The notes under the pieces are model-generated. The model was given only the letters and a program-made list of their open reading frames with translations. It did not search any database and had not been told where the DNA came from. Positions 39,033 through 48,168 of a DNA stretch of 48,168 bases are shown here, piece by piece. Made by a program: the position numbers and the translations under genes. The first letter of the stretch is position 1. The number at the start of each line of letters is the position of its first letter. This stretch comes from Candidatus Kuenenia stuttgartensis (GTDB lineage Bacteria > Planctomycetota > Phycisphaerae > Sedimentisphaerales > CAMDDF01). The DNA lies in assembly GCA_945890885.1 (NCBI GenBank), contig CAMDDF010000003.1, positions 1-48,168 of the forward strand. Direction: 5' to 3'.

Positions 39033-40157
39033 ATGAATCATATTAAAAAGTTCCAAGATTGTGTTTACGATGCTGTTTCTTTAGGCGAAGTGATGATGCG
39101 AATAGATCCTAACGATGTTCCCACGGCGCGCGCTCGCACGGCTGCTATCTGGCATGGCGGCGGAGAGACAAATGTTGCCGAAGGATTAAGCTATTGTTTT
39201 CAGTTAAGGACAGCCGTTGTAACTGCTTTGGTTGATGACAGCATCGGACGGAATATCGAAAACCAACTTCGTGAAGCCGGCGTGGACACCAAGCACATAA
39301 TCTGGTTTAACACACATGGAAAAGGAAAATTTTCCACGGATCAAAAAGGTACGCTGCATAACGGAATCAATTTTACATGGGCAGGTAAGGGAATATTGCC
39401 TTCGATAACGGAGTATTATCGAGCACACACGCCTATAAGAGAGTTGAAACCAGGTGATTTTGATTGGGATGGGTTGTTTTCACAAGGGGTCAGATGGTTC
39501 CATACCGGCGGTATTTATGCTCTCCTTTCGCCTACCTCAGGTGAATTGGCAATAGAGTCAATGAAAGCCGCAGGAAAATTCGGAACATTTCGATCATTTG
39601 ACCTTAATTACCGCAGTAAGGTCGAGCCTGATAAAGAAAAGGCTCGCAGGCAAAACAGGAATATAGTCGAATTTACCGATTTTCTTGTTGGAAACCAAAG
39701 TGACTTTGAAGATGCTCTTGGCGAAGAATCACGCAAGGTAAGCAAGGATGCGCCTTTTGAACAGTGGCTGGAAGCGTATTCTGAATTGCTCAGGCGTGTC
39801 GCTGGTAAGTATCCCAACCTGAAACTGATTGGCACTCAGCTTCGCGCGGCTTTGAGTGCGGATCGAATAAACTGGGGAGCGATACTCTATGATGTTGCCA
39901 AAGATAAAATTTGCCTCGCAACAGTACGTCAGAACGTGGAAATCAAAGACAGAACAGGCGGCGGCGATTCGTTCTTATCGGGAGTTGCGGCAGCTCTTTT
40001 AAGCGGTAAGGAAATCGAAGATGCTGTACAATGGGGTGCCGCCCACGGGATATGCGTACAGGAAACTCCTGGAGATACAAGTATGGTAACACAAACTGAT
40101 GTTGAAAAAGAAATCAAAAGAAGTCTTAGTAACTCTGGTGTAAGTGCTCTAAGATAA
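39033..40157 (+). CDS. PfkB family sugar kinase, KdgK-like
   Basis: LGEVMMR, GGGETNVA, FDLNYR, DRTGGGDSF; follows eda. Confidence 0.88.
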   Translation: MNHIKKFQDCVYDAVSLGEVMMRIDPNDVPTARARTAAIWHGGGETNVAEGLSYCFQLRTAVVTALVDDSIGRNIENQLREAGVDTKHIIWFNTHGKGKFSTDQKGTLHNGINFTWAGKGILPSITEYYRAHTPIRELKPGDFDWDGLFSQGVRWFHTGGIYALLSPTSGELAIESMKAAGKFGTFRSFDLNYRSKVEPDKEKARRQNRNIVEFTDFLVGNQSDFEDALGEESRKVSKDAPFEQWLEAYSELLRRVAGKYPNLKLIGTQLRAALSADRINWGAILYDVAKDKICLATVRQNVEIKDRTGGGDSFLSGVAAALLSGKEIEDAVQWGAAHGICVQETPGDTSMVTQTDVEKEIKRSLSNSGVSALR

Positions 40158-40238
40158 AGTTTTTTATCAGCCTATACCAAATGGTGCTGTTACAGTAAAT
40201 TTATGAAGTAGTTTGCATATAAATACGAGAGGATTCCG

Positions 40239-42635
40239 ATGGATGTTATGAATTTCAAAAATGTATCGGCTGGACACGATAGCCTTGGCAAACAAGAATT
40301 GTTGAATCTTTATGAGAAAATGGTGCTTATAAGGAAATTTGAACAGGCAGTACAGGATAATTATAGAAAAGGTGAAGTGCCTGGATTTATTCACCTTTGC
40401 ATTGGACAAGAAGCAATTGCTGCCGGCGTATGTTCCAATCTGACAAAAGATGACTGGATCACGAGTACGCACCGCGGCCATGGACACGCGTTGGCAAAAG
40501 GAGTAAATGAAAAAATATTACTTGCTGAACTTTATGGCAAAGCTACCGGCTGCTGTGGCGGTCGCGGCGGATCAATGCATCTTTATTCATATATTAATGG
40601 CTTATTTGGAACAAATGGCATCGTTGGAGGGGGCAATCCTTTAGCTGTTGGTTTAGGAATAAGTGCCCAGGTTAAAGATACAGATGGTGTGGCGGTTTCT
40701 TTCTTTGGCGATGGAGCTGTTAATCATGGAAGTTTCCATGAATCAATTAATTATGCCGCAGTCCGAAAAGCACCTGTTATTTTTGTCTGCGAGAATAATC
40801 TATATGCGACTTGCGTGTCAATTTCAACTACAACTTTGAATAGCAGGATTTCGAGTAAGGCCGCAGCATATGGAATACCCGGAATAACAGTAGACGGCAA
40901 TAATATATTGGCTGTTCATGAGGTTGCAAGAGAAGCTGTTGAACGTGCAAGGAGAGGTGAAGGCCCTACGTTGATTGAAGCTCTTACATATAGAACAGTT
41001 GGGCATCATGAAGGCGATCCGGTTGTAGGCACTTATCGAAATAAAGAAGAATTGGATAAATGGAAGGCAAAGTGCCCGATCCTGAATTTCGAAAATTATC
41101 TTAAAGATAGCGGTATTGCTTCAGTGGAAGAAATAGATGCCATCTCTAAAAAAATTGATAAAAGAATTGCTGATGCGGTAGATTTTGCTCGTTCTTCTGA
41201 AGAACCAAAACCAAATACTGTATTTGAAAACTGTTGGATGGAACCCGTAAATCCCCCTGAGGCTCTACGGCCAGCAAGCAATTCCGGTGAAACTGTTACC
41301 CAAAGCTGGCTCGATGCCGTTAGAGACGGAATAGCAGAGGAGATGCGTAAGGATAAAAATATAATATACGTAGGTGAAGGAATCGGAGAAAGAGGCGGTA
41401 CCTATGGCCATACTAAAAATTTATGGCAGGAATTCGGTACTAAGCGCGTATTTGACGCTCCAATTTGTGAGCTGGCATTTACTGGAGCAGCAGCTTCATC
41501 TTCAGCGGCAGGCTGTCGTACTATAGCGGACCTTATGTTTTCTGAATTTATCTTTGATGCAGCTAGCCAGATAATTGACCAAGCCAGTAAATTACGCTAC
41601 ATGAGCAATGGGCAAATCAGCGTACCTATGATAATTCGTGCTGGCTTTGGCCAGATCAAGCAGGCCGGCCCACATCATAGCGGTACCTATCATTCAATAT
41701 GGGCGCATTGCCCCGGTCTTATAGTTGCGATACCTTCAAATCCGGCAGATGCTAAAGGCTTAATGAAAACCGCTTTAAGAGCAGGTGATCCTGTTATTTT
41801 CCTTGAAGCTAAATCACTCTTTTCTTCAAAGGGCCCTGTTCCTGTTGATGAACATTTTGTACCTTTTGGAAAGGCAAAAGTTTTAGAAGAAGGCAACGAT
41901 ATAACAATAGTAACTTGCGGGTTGCCGGTACATCGTTGTCTTGAGGCGGCAGGCAAGCTGAAAGAACGCGGCGTTTCGTGTGAAGTTATTGACCTGCGAA
42001 CAATAGTTCCTCTTGATGTCGAAACAATTTTGAATAGTGTTGCCAAGACAGGTCATTTGCTGGTAGTCGACGAGGCTTATCCTAGTTTTTCACTTGCCTC
42101 GGAAATAGCGGCTATTGTTACAGAAAATGCTTTCGATAAACTCAAAGCTCCATTCGGGCGGCTTAACAACTATTCTGTTCCACAACCTTTTAGCCGTTTA
42201 TTAGATATCGAAGTAGGCATTACAACTGAAAAAGTTATGGATGCGGTAACAGCGGTAATGAATGGTTCTCCCATAAAACCAAAATGTACCGTAGTTACTG
42301 GCCTTAAATCTGAGAATAATATCTATGAAGGCAAGTCGATGGCTGGCATCAAAGAAGCATCCGAAACTCATGAGGAGTCTCAAAAAATGAGTAGCGACAA
42401 TTTTATTGAAATCACAATGCCCAACCAAGGGCTTACGATAACAGAAGTGAAAATTCTCAAGTGGTACAAAAGTGTTGGCGATACCGTTAAAAAGGGTGAG
42501 GCATTATTAGATTTTGAAACTGACAAGGCCACAGTTGAATTAGAGGCACCGGCAAATGGCAAGTTAGCCAAAATTGTAGCTCAAGAGGAAGTAACCGTTG
42601 CCATAGGTGAAGTTGTTGGTTTTCTTACGAAATAA
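40239..42635 (+). CDS. Fused E1alpha/E1beta ThDP enzyme with C-terminal lipoyl domain
   Basis: GQEA, THRGHGH, GDGA..ENN, YRTVGH, GPHHS; lipoyl motif ETDKATVELEAP. Confidence 0.92.
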   Translation: MDVMNFKNVSAGHDSLGKQELLNLYEKMVLIRKFEQAVQDNYRKGEVPGFIHLCIGQEAIAAGVCSNLTKDDWITSTHRGHGHALAKGVNEKILLAELYGKATGCCGGRGGSMHLYSYINGLFGTNGIVGGGNPLAVGLGISAQVKDTDGVAVSFFGDGAVNHGSFHESINYAAVRKAPVIFVCENNLYATCVSISTTTLNSRISSKAAAYGIPGITVDGNNILAVHEVAREAVERARRGEGPTLIEALTYRTVGHHEGDPVVGTYRNKEELDKWKAKCPILNFENYLKDSGIASVEEIDAISKKIDKRIADAVDFARSSEEPKPNTVFENCWMEPVNPPEALRPASNSGETVTQSWLDAVRDGIAEEMRKDKNIIYVGEGIGERGGTYGHTKNLWQEFGTKRVFDAPICELAFTGAAASSSAAGCRTIADLMFSEFIFDAASQIIDQASKLRYMSNGQISVPMIIRAGFGQIKQAGPHHSGTYHSIWAHCPGLIVAIPSNPADAKGLMKTALRAGDPVIFLEAKSLFSSKGPVPVDEHFVPFGKAKVLEEGNDITIVTCGLPVHRCLEAAGKLKERGVSCEVIDLRTIVPLDVETILNSVAKTGHLLVVDEAYPSFSLASEIAAIVTENAFDKLKAPFGRLNNYSVPQPFSRLLDIEVGITTEKVMDAVTAVMNGSPIKPKCTVVTGLKSENNIYEGKSMAGIKEASETHEESQKMSSDNFIEITMPNQGLTITEVKILKWYKSVGDTVKKGEALLDFETDKATVELEAPANGKLAKIVAQEEVTVAIGEVVGFLTK

Positions 42636-42670
42636 TATTTTTAGTGTTTTCAAAAAGAAAAGGAAAGACA

Positions 42671-43141
42671 ATGGAATTAAATAAAGAACTGGCTCAAAAG
42701 TTAAATCTGCCAGCAATGAGCCAAATTGGAATTGTAGTAAAAAGTATAGATCAAACGGTAAAATACTATGAAAACGTCCTTGGACTTGGGCCGTTTGTTG
42801 AGCCAGAGATCAATTACAGCGACAAGCAGTACCATGGCAAACCAGCAGATTTTGCAATTAGAATGTCTTTTTGTTCGCTGGGGCCTATCGAATTAGAACT
42901 TATCGAACCGATTACTGAGCCTACAATTTATCATGATTTTCTAAAGGAAAAAGGCGAAGGTATCCATCATATCGGTTTTGATGTAAAAGACATGGATGAG
43001 AGAATTAAGGTTTGCGCAGAAATGGGCATTGATGTATTGCAAATGGGACGTACGCCAGCAGGAGGATTTGCATATCTCAATACTGAAAAAATTGGCGGCG
43101 TAATATTCGAGTTAATACAACGGAAATGCCGAAGAGCATAG
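42671..43141 (+). CDS. VOC family protein (methylmalonyl-CoA epimerase-like)
   Basis: QIGIVVK, IELELIEP, GEGIHHIGF, FELIQ. Confidence 0.88.
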   Translation: MELNKELAQKLNLPAMSQIGIVVKSIDQTVKYYENVLGLGPFVEPEINYSDKQYHGKPADFAIRMSFCSLGPIELELIEPITEPTIYHDFLKEKGEGIHHIGFDVKDMDERIKVCAEMGIDVLQMGRTPAGGFAYLNTEKIGGVIFELIQRKCRRA

Positions 43142-43180
43142 TGTTGGCTCGGTACTTCAAAATATACAGAGGTTGGAATA

Positions 43181-43357
43181 ATGACGGCTAAATATGATTT
43201 CAAAGATAACGGCCATAATATAGTTGTCGATGGTGGCTGGACATGTGTGGTTTTAACAGGGATTTTTGAAATTATGATACAAAAATTTCCTTACAGACGA
43301 ATTAAAAGAACCATGAATAGAGAATTGGTAAATAGCGTAGAGAGGCGAACATGGTAG
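43181..43357 (+). pseudogene. Collapsed remnant of an SDR gene and a larA-like start
   Basis: MTAKYDFKD is joined to NGHNIVVDGGWTC and then MIQKFPY; the DNA resembles 45729-45817. Confidence 0.75.
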
Positions 43358-44274
43358 GAAATATTGTCATAGCAGGGAGTTGTCTTATTGCGCTGTCAAT
43401 GAAGGCGGAACGGTTTCCACAAGTAGGCGAAACGGTTGTTGCCAATATGTTTTTTGAAGAAACAGGCGGCAAAGGAACTAACCAAGCGATAGCAGCATCA
43501 AAACTTGGAAGCCGAGTCTCATTGATTGGATGTGTTGGAAATGACAAGTTCGGGAAAGCAATACTACAGGATCTAAATAAATTTACTGTAGACACTCAGG
43601 CAGTACGTATAGATGATTCCTGCCAGTCAGGCACCGCCTTTATTCTCATAAATGATCACGGTGATAATATGATAAGCATATTGCCTGGAGCGAATTTCAA
43701 ACTTACCAATGATGATTTTGAAAATAATCTTGATGTTATAAGAAAAAGCGATATTATTGGTTTTCAGCTTGAAAATAATATTGATTTTGTTGAGTACGGA
43801 ATTAAAAGGGCAAATGAACTTGGTATTAAAACGCTTTTGGATCCTGCACCAGCGCGGCATTTAAATGATTCTGTTTATGCCCATCTTGATTATATAAAAC
43901 CAAATGAAAGCGAAGCTTCATTATTGACGAAAATTAGTGTTACAGATATAGATAGTGCATTCAAAGCTGCTGAATGGTTTCTGGATAAAGGTGTTAAAAA
44001 CTCTATCATTACTCTTGGTCAAAAGGGAGTTGTAATATTAAACCATAAAATAAAGCACTATGTAGTGCCTCCGAAGACCAAGGCTGCAGATCCAACGGGT
44101 GCTGGTGATATATTCAGCGGCGCGTTAATGCACTGCCTGACTAATAAGATGGATTTGACAGCTGCTTGTGAATTCGCAGTTTATGCTGCGACATTTTCAG
44201 TTCGTCAAGTTGGTGTTATACAATCAATGCCTACAGAACAAGAAGTGATTGATTTTAGAAATTCTCAAACATAA
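43351..44274 (+). CDS. Ribokinase-family kinase, atypical substrate motif
   Basis: GETV, GGKGTNQA, FQLE, PNESEA, DPTGAGD; GSCLIAL replaces GSxNxDL. Confidence 0.88.
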   Translation: MVGNIVIAGSCLIALSMKAERFPQVGETVVANMFFEETGGKGTNQAIAASKLGSRVSLIGCVGNDKFGKAILQDLNKFTVDTQAVRIDDSCQSGTAFILINDHGDNMISILPGANFKLTNDDFENNLDVIRKSDIIGFQLENNIDFVEYGIKRANELGIKTLLDPAPARHLNDSVYAHLDYIKPNESEASLLTKISVTDIDSAFKAAEWFLDKGVKNSIITLGQKGVVILNHKIKHYVVPPKTKAADPTGAGDIFSGALMHCLTNKMDLTAACEFAVYAATFSVRQVGVIQSMPTEQEVIDFRNSQT

Positions 44275-44286
44275 GGAAAAATATTT

Positions 44287-44973
44287 ATGTGGACAAAAGA
44301 AAAAGTTTCCGCAACTATAGACCATGCTGTCCTGAAGCCATCATTTACAGATAATGATGTAATAAAAGGCTGTGAATTAGGCAGGAAATACAAAGTTGCA
44401 AGCGTCTGCGTAAGGCCGAGCGATGTTGCTTTAGCTAAAAAACAACTTCATGGCAGTGGAGTAAAGACATCCGTCGTTGTAGGATTTCCTCATGGAGCTA
44501 ATCGCAGTGAGACAAAGGCCTTGGAAGCGAAACTTGCTATTGAAGATGGAGCCGAAGAGCTGGATATGGTTTTGAACATCGGCAAGTTACTCTCAGGTGA
44601 TTACGAGTATGTTAAAAACGACATAAAAGCAGTGGTAAAGGAGGCCAAGAAATTCGGCGTTCTGGTAAAAGTTATATTTGAAATATATTATCTTACTAAT
44701 CAGCAGATCCAAGATGCCACTAAGTTGTCGATTGAAGCAGGCGCTGATTTCGTAAAGACTTCAACTGGATTTGCAGAAGGTTCTGCAACAATTGAAGCTG
44801 TGGATATTATGATAAAAACTGCAGCTGGCAGAATTAAGGTTAAACCATCAGGCGGAATTAGAAACTTTGAAGACGCTGTCAGATTCCTTGAGCTGGGAGC
44901 CGACCGGCTTGGTGTGGGATCAACCGAGAAAGTTCTCGGAGATTCCGTTGCAAACGACAATGAAAACTATTAA
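44287..44973 (+). CDS. deoC: Deoxyribose-phosphate aldolase
   Basis: IDHAVLKP, VGFPHG, LDMV, KVIFE, FVKTSTGF, KPSGGIR. Confidence 0.93.
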   Translation: MWTKEKVSATIDHAVLKPSFTDNDVIKGCELGRKYKVASVCVRPSDVALAKKQLHGSGVKTSVVVGFPHGANRSETKALEAKLAIEDGAEELDMVLNIGKLLSGDYEYVKNDIKAVVKEAKKFGVLVKVIFEIYYLTNQQIQDATKLSIEAGADFVKTSTGFAEGSATIEAVDIMIKTAAGRIKVKPSGGIRNFEDAVRFLELGADRLGVGSTEKVLGDSVANDNENY

Positions 44974-44984
44974 TGAGGATAGCT

Positions 44985-45788
44985 ATGTCTGATAATATAA
45001 AATTAAAGTTTGATACCAAAGTGGCGATTGTAACTGGCTCTGCTGGTGGAATCGGTAAAGCAATCGCTGAAAAACTCTACCAAAACGGTGCTAATGTAAT
45101 TATTTCAGACGTTCAGATTGAACAAGGTCAGGAAACAGCCAGAAGCTTAGGTAAACGAGCAATTTTTATACCTTGCGATATCTCTGATTCATCGCAGGTC
45201 AATTCGTTAATCGATGCGGTAGTTCAACAGTTTGGGCGATTGGATATTATGGTTAATAATGCCGGCATAAATTCAGGAAGGCCGGAAGATAGAGTTACGG
45301 TTGACAAATATCCCGACGCAACCTGGCACAAGATGATAAATGTTGACCTTAACGGAACATTTTATTGCTGTAAGGCGGCAGCCGGAGTTATGGTAAAACA
45401 GAAATTTGGTTCTATCATAAATATATCATCAATCGCTGGCGTGGTGGCACTCAGACTTCAAATAGGATTTGTGGCAGCTAAGGCGGCAATCATCAAGATG
45501 ACAGAGGCAATGGCTTGCGAGCTGGCCCCGATGGGTATCAGGGTTAATGCAGTGTCGCCAGGATCGACTTTGACAGAAGGAACACGAAAACTTTTTTATA
45601 GCAAAGAAGGCAGCTTCAGCGACATGGCAGCACGTGTTGTTTCTTTTATTCCTCAGGGAAGGCCTGGCGAAGCGGATGAAATAGCAGATGCGGTTTTATT
45701 TTTGGCATCAGATTCGGCTTCGTATATAAATGGCCACAACATCGTCGTTGATGGCGGCTGGACATGCGGATTTAACAGGGATTTCTAA
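44985..45788 (+). CDS. SDR family oxidoreductase with FxxxK motif
   Basis: TGSAGGIG, NNAG, NISSIAG; FVAAK in place of YxxxK. Confidence 0.88.
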   Translation: MSDNIKLKFDTKVAIVTGSAGGIGKAIAEKLYQNGANVIISDVQIEQGQETARSLGKRAIFIPCDISDSSQVNSLIDAVVQQFGRLDIMVNNAGINSGRPEDRVTVDKYPDATWHKMINVDLNGTFYCCKAAAGVMVKQKFGSIINISSIAGVVALRLQIGFVAAKAAIIKMTEAMACELAPMGIRVNAVSPGSTLTEGTRKLFYSKEGSFSDMAARVVSFIPQGRPGEADEIADAVLFLASDSASYINGHNIVVDGGWTCGFNRDF

Positions 45789-47044
45789 TGATACACCATT
45801 TTCCATATAAAGAATTTGACCCGATTGAAATACCTGAAAAAAATATATCAGGATTTTATACTCTGTCTGATAATCAAAAATTCGTAGATGAATCAGAATT
45901 GATAAAAAATGCTCTGGAGAATCCTATAGGGAGCAGCAGGCTTTGTAAAATGGTTAAGCCTGATATGAAAATAGTAGTAGTGGTTGATGACAATAGTCGA
46001 AATACCAGAACAGATTTAATGCTACCGATGGTTCTGGCAGAGGTTGAAAAGGCTGGAGTTAAACGGGAGAATCTTACGGTATTTATTGCACTCGGCACAC
46101 ACCGCAAGATGACAGAAAATGAGATAGCAGAAAAATATACCGCGGCCATTGCAGATAATTACAGGTTTGTAAATCCCGACTGGAAAAATTCATTAGAATA
46201 CGGTTTGGCAGGATACTCTTCTTCTAATTTTCCAATTAAAATACACAAGGAAATACTAAATTCTGATTTTGTAATTGGCGTAGGTCAGACGATTCCGCAT
46301 ATGATAGCCGGTTTTGGCGGCGGATGTAAAATAATCAATCCAGGTTGTGCGGATGGTGAGACTATTGGGTATATGCATTGGCTTTGCAGTGAAGCTGAAG
46401 ATGGAAAACTTTTTGCGGTAAGAGATAATCCGGTTCGTCAGGTAATTGACGAAGTGGGCATAAAAGCCGGATTAAAGTTTATTATTAATGAGGTTCCGGG
46501 CGGCAGCGGCAAGATTGGCGGAGTTTTTGCTGGAAATCCGATTGAGGCACATCGGCAGGCGTGCGAATTTGCAAAAAAAACATGCCAGGTGAAACTTAAA
46601 GAAAAAACAGATATTGTGATTGCTGATTCATATCCAGCAGATATGGATTTTTGGCAGGCATTGAAAGGCCTCAATGCGGCTTATGGTGCCGTGAAAGACG
46701 GCGGAACGGTAATTTTGGTATCAACCTGCCCGGAAGGCACAAGCTCGCAACATTCAACATTAACAGATATCGGATATATTGCCGTAGAAAAAATCAAACT
46801 AATGCTTGAGGCAGGTAAACTTGACAAGGCCGTCGCTGCTAACTTATTTCTCGGAAGAAAACTTATAGATAAAGCTGATACGATCCTGGTTACAAAAGGA
46901 ATATCCAAAGGTGATACTTTAAGTATGGGCTTTGGATGGGCCGAAAATCCTGAATCGGCATTGAAAGAGGCTATGAAAAAACATGGCGAGGATGCGAAAA
47001 TAAATATACTTTACAAGGCATCTAAAATGGTTTGTGTTTTATGA
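45788..47044 (+). CDS. larA: LarA-family nickel-pincer-dependent racemase/epimerase
   Basis: DDNSR, ALGTHR, PHMIAGFGGGCKIINPG, HW, WQALKG, CPEG. Confidence 0.88.
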   Translation: MIHHFPYKEFDPIEIPEKNISGFYTLSDNQKFVDESELIKNALENPIGSSRLCKMVKPDMKIVVVVDDNSRNTRTDLMLPMVLAEVEKAGVKRENLTVFIALGTHRKMTENEIAEKYTAAIADNYRFVNPDWKNSLEYGLAGYSSSNFPIKIHKEILNSDFVIGVGQTIPHMIAGFGGGCKIINPGCADGETIGYMHWLCSEAEDGKLFAVRDNPVRQVIDEVGIKAGLKFIINEVPGGSGKIGGVFAGNPIEAHRQACEFAKKTCQVKLKEKTDIVIADSYPADMDFWQALKGLNAAYGAVKDGGTVILVSTCPEGTSSQHSTLTDIGYIAVEKIKLMLEAGKLDKAVAANLFLGRKLIDKADTILVTKGISKGDTLSMGFGWAENPESALKEAMKKHGEDAKINILYKASKMVCVL

Positions 47045-47814
47045 ATGGTAAAACGAAAATGCTAAAACTTCAAGATATATCAAATCATATTCCTAAGAAA
47101 AATAATATGTTGATTTATTGGCTTGGCGGCGGCGGTTTTGTGTTTAAGTTCAGCGATAAAACGACGATTTGCATTGATCCATATCTTAGCAATTCGGTGG
47201 AAAGGTTATTTGGATTTAAACGGCTGATACAGCCGCCGATAACACCTGAGGCGCTGAAATATGATGCTCTTTTAGTAACACACGAACACGGGGATCATCT
47301 CGATATAGATATATTTGAGACACTCGTCAAAAAAAATCCTAAGTCAAAAACTTTTACCGTTAAAAGCTGCAAAGATTTTGTTGATGGATATACTTCAAAT
47401 TATATTATAGTGGAACCAGGAAAAACATACGATGCCGGCATGATAAAAATTGAGCCTGTTCCAGCAGACCATGGAGAATTAAGCCCCGATGCGGTAGGCT
47501 TCATGCTTTATTTTGCAAACAGGAAGATATATTTCACTGGCGACACCTCATTAAATTATGAAAAAATGGACTATGCAATAAGCTTAAAACCTGATATTCT
47601 TATACCATGCATCAATGGAGCATATGGAAATATGAATGAAATGGAAGCCGCTGTGCTTGCTGAAAAATGCAACTCGAAAATCGTGATACCGAGTCATTAT
47701 GGTTTATTTAAGGAACATGGCGGCAATGCTGAACTTTTTAGAGACAATATTTTAAAAATCTCGCCAGATTCCAACTGTATTATCTTGGGCCTGGGCGAAG
47801 GCGCAGAATCATAA
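47041..47814 (+). CDS. MBL-fold metallohydrolase (UlaG-like lactonase)
   Basis: WLG, DPYLS, THEHGDHLD, FTGDT, INGAYGNM, PSHY. Confidence 0.88.
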   Translation: MNGKTKMLKLQDISNHIPKKNNMLIYWLGGGGFVFKFSDKTTICIDPYLSNSVERLFGFKRLIQPPITPEALKYDALLVTHEHGDHLDIDIFETLVKKNPKSKTFTVKSCKDFVDGYTSNYIIVEPGKTYDAGMIKIEPVPADHGELSPDAVGFMLYFANRKIYFTGDTSLNYEKMDYAISLKPDILIPCINGAYGNMNEMEAAVLAEKCNSKIVIPSHYGLFKEHGGNAELFRDNILKISPDSNCIILGLGEGAES

Positions 47815-47826
47815 TTATGGAGCGTT

Positions 47827-48168
47827 ATGTCTTATCCATTTGAATATGTAGTAAGTCAACTAAAAAAACACAATGTTCGTTTTGATGTTTTTTGTCCTGA
47901 TAAAAATTCTGCTGCCGTAGTTTTGTCGGATTATAACCGCATTCTCGGTGCATGGCCCGATATTCAGATGGAATGTCCTCTATGGATAAACGAAAAATTT
48001 CTTGAAAACCCGAACGATAAATCTGTTGTATGGGCGAATCCTGGGGGACATCGTGTATGGGTGGCACCAGAAAAAGAATTTTTTATTTCCGACTTAAACA
48101 AGCCTTTTGAAACATATAAAGTTCCCAAGGAAATGGACCCTGGCACGTATGATTACAAAATGGAAAGC
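47827..48168 (+). CDS. Partial hypothetical protein running off the window (DUF6786-like by recollection)
   Basis: GGAG RBS; open frame MSYPFEY...WANPGGHRVWVAPE...VPKEMDPG to the window end. Confidence 0.7.
   Translation, partial: MSYPFEYVVSQLKKHNVRFDVFCPDKNSAAVVLSDYNRILGAWPDIQMECPLWINEKFLENPNDKSVVWANPGGHRVWVAPEKEFFISDLNKPFETYKVPKEMDPGTYDYKMES

Overview
Bacterial chromosome window, probably from a Planctomycetota/Phycisphaerae-type organism (inferred from the dockerin-like C-terminal protein, the PEP-CTERM protein and the conserved small proteins; not verified). 1-8.3 kb is core genome: the probable rplM start, ackA-pta, clpC, a sigma54-preceded small protein, a secreted dockerin-tailed protein and a membrane protein. 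8.3-16.1 kb is an accessory zone dense in several families of REP-like palindromic repeats. It holds an unannotated 49-aa RGPP-containing ORF, a HAF-repeat PEP-CTERM gene with a long structured leader, a GT2 synthase, a HAD phosphatase and an M48 peptidase. 16.1-48.2 kb is a ~32-kb catabolic island with four regulators. It carries an amino-sugar-like module (aminotransferase, NagA-, NagB- and ceramidase-like enzymes, glycerate kinase), two fused E1alpha/beta ThDP enzymes without E2/E3, KdgK/Eda, a DeoC plus an atypical ribokinase, and a LarA-family nickel-pincer enzyme. Many of these enzymes have non-canonical active-site residues. The island also shows remodelling scars: an FGGY kinase hollowed out and occupied by a PPi-type PFK gene plus a 73-bp MITE, and a collapsed SDR-larA duplicate. 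No rRNA, tRNA, CRISPR array or transposase was seen. All calls come from motif reading by eye; no searches were run.
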